From Antedon mediterranea (lineage: Eukaryota; Animalia; Echinodermata): a stretch of DNA of 64,000 nt. The position numbers were made by a program, and so were the translations under genes. Positions 59,719 through 64,000 of the stretch are shown here, piece after piece. Each line of letters opens with the position of its first letter. The first letter of the stretch is position 1. The notes beneath the pieces were generated by a model. The model did no database searches. It was given only the letters and a program-made list of their open reading frames with translations, and was not told where the DNA came from. Where the stretch lies: NCBI RefSeq assembly GCF_964355755.1, contig NC_092671.1, positions 34,730,304 through 34,794,303 on the forward strand, in the 5' to 3' direction.

Positions 59719-62700
59719 TTATAAAGACGTTCCACTTCTTCTAAAAATTCCGGTTTTAGTATTATTAGTGAGAAGGGACAAACCTGGCTGCATTCCTGGT
59801 GAATTATCATATTCCGAGTCTGGATTTCCCGGTTCCGGTGGCTTGCTCTTCTGCGGACTTGCCTGTACACTCGTGGTCATCATCACGGATGACCTTGAAC
59901 CGTAACTTGACATTGTTAATCCGGACAAATCTGACGGTCGTCCGGCAAACCCGCCAAAATTACGAATCTTCGACATGAACCCGAGTCCTGTAGAATTGTA
60001 TGAAGGAGTGGTGGTGTAAGTTGACGTGGTTCCAGTTTTCGATGTTGATGACGATGCTCGTTTTGAGTATATTCCACTCTTTACTCGATGCACGCGTGGG
60101 CCAGGCCTTCCTGGTATGTGTATAGGTGATGGGTTTGGATTATCCGCCAGGAAATTTAACCCGGTTTCTTTCTTTGGAGTGGAAGGTGGCTTAATTTTCG
60201 ATGATAGAGAATGCGATTTAATGTTCGGAGGGTTCGGTTTGAGCTCTACATTTGGATCACTGTTCCGATGTTCGACACTCGTACCGCGCTCCTGCAGAAC
60301 CGATGCCAATCCAAGAGATGTGCTAAATGTGGAACTTGCTTTACTCAAACCTTTTCTTTTTGGTGTACTGATTGTAAAACTTGGTGACGCTTTACTAAAA
60401 ATATGAAATAAAAAAATATATTATCGAACACTATAAAATATGTGTTAAATTGCTTTAAAAGTTTACCTTAATCAACACTTTTTGAATAAGGCAACATTAT
60501 ATTCCCTATTTCAATTTCAAATACAGGTTTTATTACTCCACTATTTTTTTATAGATGGTACTGTATCGTGGGAAATTAAAGTGATATTAAATTAAATGCG
60601 AAGATTTTGATGACATGCTATAACTTTGCACTTCAAATTTTGTTTTGTATCTACAACTCAAAAAAGTAAATAAATCATCGGGCCACTGATTAAGGGTTAT
60701 GCAAATGATTTAGTGAACGCAATGTTTACCTAGACGAATAACATAATAGATGATGTACTTAGTATCTGCAGTATGACTGTAATTTCGCAAGAAATATTTG
60801 TTGAAAGAAATAAAATATCACTCAAATAAAGAGATGAACTTTATCAGAGGTATGATTTTAAAAGCTTACCTTGGAGTAACAGTTGTACTTTCTAGTAGAT
60901 TAATATTGCTTGTTGTGTAAGTATAAGTGGGCTCAGAAAACGTATAGCATTTACTGGGAACTGTGGGTTTTGCTACAGTGAGAAAAAATGTAATATACTA
61001 ATATAAACTAATAATGAAACATTTGTTAATACAGTAGAACACATATTAAGTGGATACTTTCAATTGTCGCCTGAATAGGGGTTACATCTAGTCTTAAAAA
61101 AACATATATTGCCTTAAATTACCAAGTAGCTGTCCCTTTTATAGGGGCGTGCCAATTGAGGGTTTCTGCTGTTTCTGGGCCTCTTCAGTCTGGATAAGTT
61201 GCTCATAATGCACACCAAGTAAAAGCACACCTATGGGCCTGTTCAGGCTGGTTAAGTTGCTCATAATGCACACCAAGTTTGTGATAATTGGGCTATGAAG
61301 CCAACGTTTCACTCAGGTAAATAAGTATAGCTTGAATGAGTCCAATGACAAGAAAATGGGGCACACAATTTTTTAAATGTTTGGTTTTGTATAGTCACAA
61401 AAAAGCACCTGTAAGGTTAAAGATGTGTTGTCCCTTGAAACACAAAAAAATGAAAAAAAAAAAAATATTCTAAATTTAAATTGGCCATACCAAAGTAATA
61501 TTAAAGTTATTCACTTTAAGTCAAAAATTTGGGCCAAAAACAACAAGTTTACATAATTAACAGGTAAATTAATTAGATTACATTTCGTCTGGGAAATCGT
61601 CACAAGCGAAAGTAAACAAAGATTTCAAACCATGAGTATGCATTATGCATGATGCTAATTAGGATTGTTTACAACTCGTCACGGTTGAGAAGGTGTTTTC
61701 ACACAGATCGCAAGGAAGTTTTATGATTATGCATACAGAGTAGCCAAACAAGCGCGTTGCATTATGAGATGTGTTTTGATTGAAAACTTTGACTGGAAGT
61801 CAAAGTTTTTTTTTGAACAAAAAAACATCTAATTTTTCACAAATTTTTGGTGAAAGTTAATAAATCTTATGATACTTCAAAATGACCCACTTTTTAAAAA
61901 AAAATTTTGTTGGGAATTAGTCAAAGGGACAATACATCTTTAATCTAAATTGTGAAAATGCTATCTTACTGAATGCAACTGAATCCAAATAAGGTATTGT
62001 TTTTGTAAGAAAGGAGATACATTGTAAAATACATATACTTAATGAAGTTATTGTAATTAATATATTTAATAATTGATTAAACTTACTGACAACTTGTCCA
62101 TCATCCTCAACATCATCAAGAGCATAAACAAGTTTTTCTTGTTTGATTTCACGGAAACCTTTGACCACAACTCCAGGCCGCTGGTCAAGCATACTGGCCA
62201 TGTGCGGCGTTGCTAACCGCTGCCACTGATATAGAGTTAACGATCCTAAAAATAAATAAAAGTTGAAAGTTTCAGTTCATAACTGTAAGGAATCTCCCGA
62301 TACCAGTAATATAGAAAAAAAGAGATATTGTAGTGTATAGTTGATAGTGTTTTTGTATTCCTAAATAAAAAACTGTCAATTTTGGGATTTGAACCCACAA
62401 TCACCAGATCATAGATGTAGACCATCAAAATTAATAACTAGTAGCATATTAACAACTAACCTTCCATTGGTTTAACGATTTGCAGTTTTTCTGGTCTTCT
62501 AAAACCAATACCCGAAAAGCTGGAAATATTTGAGAATCCATCGCCAGAGATGGCACTGTCTGGAGTTTGACAACGTGGAGTCAGCATTCCATCGCTCTCC
62601 ATTTCGAAGTCAGAGTCACATACTGTTGTCTTGCGACGTTCATAAGCTGCATATTTTCGCTCTGCATCCATGTTCTGACGTCGAAGCGAGAGACGTTTTA

Positions 62701-63661
62701 AAGCTGTTTCAAGATCATTGGAGCCAGGGATGCCAGGTTTGGATACCTCACGTCGACTCTTCTCTCTAAAAACAGGTTGTCTAAATTTAATATTATAACC
62801 AAAAAATGAAAATCACTTATAAAACATAAAAACAACAAAATAGTCAAATATATATGGTATTACAATTAACACAAAATTAATATTAAAATATGTAAAATAA
62901 TATACCCACCGAATCGGAGTAACTCCAGTAATGGATTCATTGTCACCCATGTAGTTTTCACTGACCTCTGACCCAGCGAGTGAAATAACTGAACTACTCG
63001 GAGAAGAGTGTGTACTAATGATCATAGGTGGTGTACCTAGGTCCAAGCCGGTCGTACTACCTGATCTACTCTTGACCGCTTTCACCGTCTTCATTACACT
63101 TTCATTATATTCTCTGAAAATACCAATTCATGTTTTACAATTTAAACTTCAAGTTTGGTATGCCTAAATCATATTTACACAAATTCCACAAAACAAAGAG
63201 TAACATAGTCACAAACAGGTATGTGCTTTAAATATAAATATGAATTGCATTTTTTTGATAGAACAAAGTTTTTTAAGATAAGGACAATAATAGGCATAAG
63301 TTTACGAATACTTGCCACTGTGAGAAAAAAATAAAAAAACAATGTTTTCACTTATTTTATAAAATGAAAAAATAATTGGCTAAATTCAACCAAAAATCCA
63401 TTGGCTGGCAGCGAACTTGACTATTTTTTTGATTTAAATTACAGTTTTTCAGGTAAATGAATGTGTCAAATTTTTGGTCAAAGTGAATAGCATTAAAATG
63501 GCATATTCAACAAAAAATTGTTTAAGAATTATTTCAGGGGGACAATATATATTTAACTTTTAAAAAAATATTTTAACTTACTTCTTGCCACGTCCTATAA
63601 GACGAGGGTCCTGTCCTAACTGTTGTTCTACTGTATTGACAAGTTCAGCTGCTAATGAATC
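59719..63661 (-). CDS. TRAK1: Trafficking kinesin-binding protein (Milton/TRAK), last six coding exons; 5' part is beyond the window
   Basis: Exons 63661-63582, 63113-62910, 62765-62461, 62245-62087, 60972-60870 and 60394-59719 are all GT-AG and phase-compatible. Motifs: [83 protein letters not shown]. May be a TRAK1/2 co-orthologue. Confidence 0.93.
61421..61939. mobile_element. Kolobok-like MITE in a Milton intron
   Basis: TTAA-AGATGTGTTGTCCC ... GGGACAATACATCT-TTAA. A related remnant lies at ~63270-63556. Confidence 0.75.
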
Positions 63662-64000
63662 CTGTTGGAATAAAAAATTAATAAAAAATGATTAAAATAA
63701 TAAAATTATTTTATTCACTTGGTAATACAAAATACAATGACGGCCCAGGATTAATTACAAGTGGGTTTGATTGTTCTGCTTTTATTCCGGTTTAAAAAAA
63801 AGTGTTTGTTCTTAGTTTCAAGGTTTGTATTTTTCATGGTTTTCACAAGCACCTTGAGCACTTACTTTGTGGATATGTGCGCTTTATAAATCTTATTATT
63901 TTATCTTTTATCAACCGAAAGCTGCAGTGAGATTCAATAGTTCCTTTTTCTTTTTATTTTTATACTAATTTAATTCTATTCTTCATCTATGAGACAAGCT

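Overview
AT-rich animal genomic DNA with GT-AG introns; an invertebrate deuterostome such as an echinoderm is my inference. Two conserved genes converge on the window: the last exon of a phospholipase C (delta-like) gene at the left edge, and six 3' exons of a Milton/TRAK gene at the right. Between them are four things of note. (1) A cluster of six small two-exon genes that the ORF track splits up. Each encodes a hydrophobic hairpin, a juxtamembrane YC (YR in one copy), a phase-2 intron and PPxY motifs, plus one orphan exon. (2) Two C2H2 zinc-finger-only genes and a ZF pseudogene. The two genes lie in a 7.8/10.5-kb tandem duplication and their finger arrays have been reshuffled. (3) A dense transposon nest: an intact Gypsy, a gag-protease-only Gypsy, a split LINE, MULE-, Kolobok- and Harbinger-like MITEs, SINEs, and a decayed Transib with CACAGTG ends, an RSS-like 23-bp spacer and a possible RAG1-like N-terminal zinc module. 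(4) Several tiny palindromic scars with 7-bp TSDs that look like P-superfamily excision footprints. All calls come from manual reading; no database search was run.
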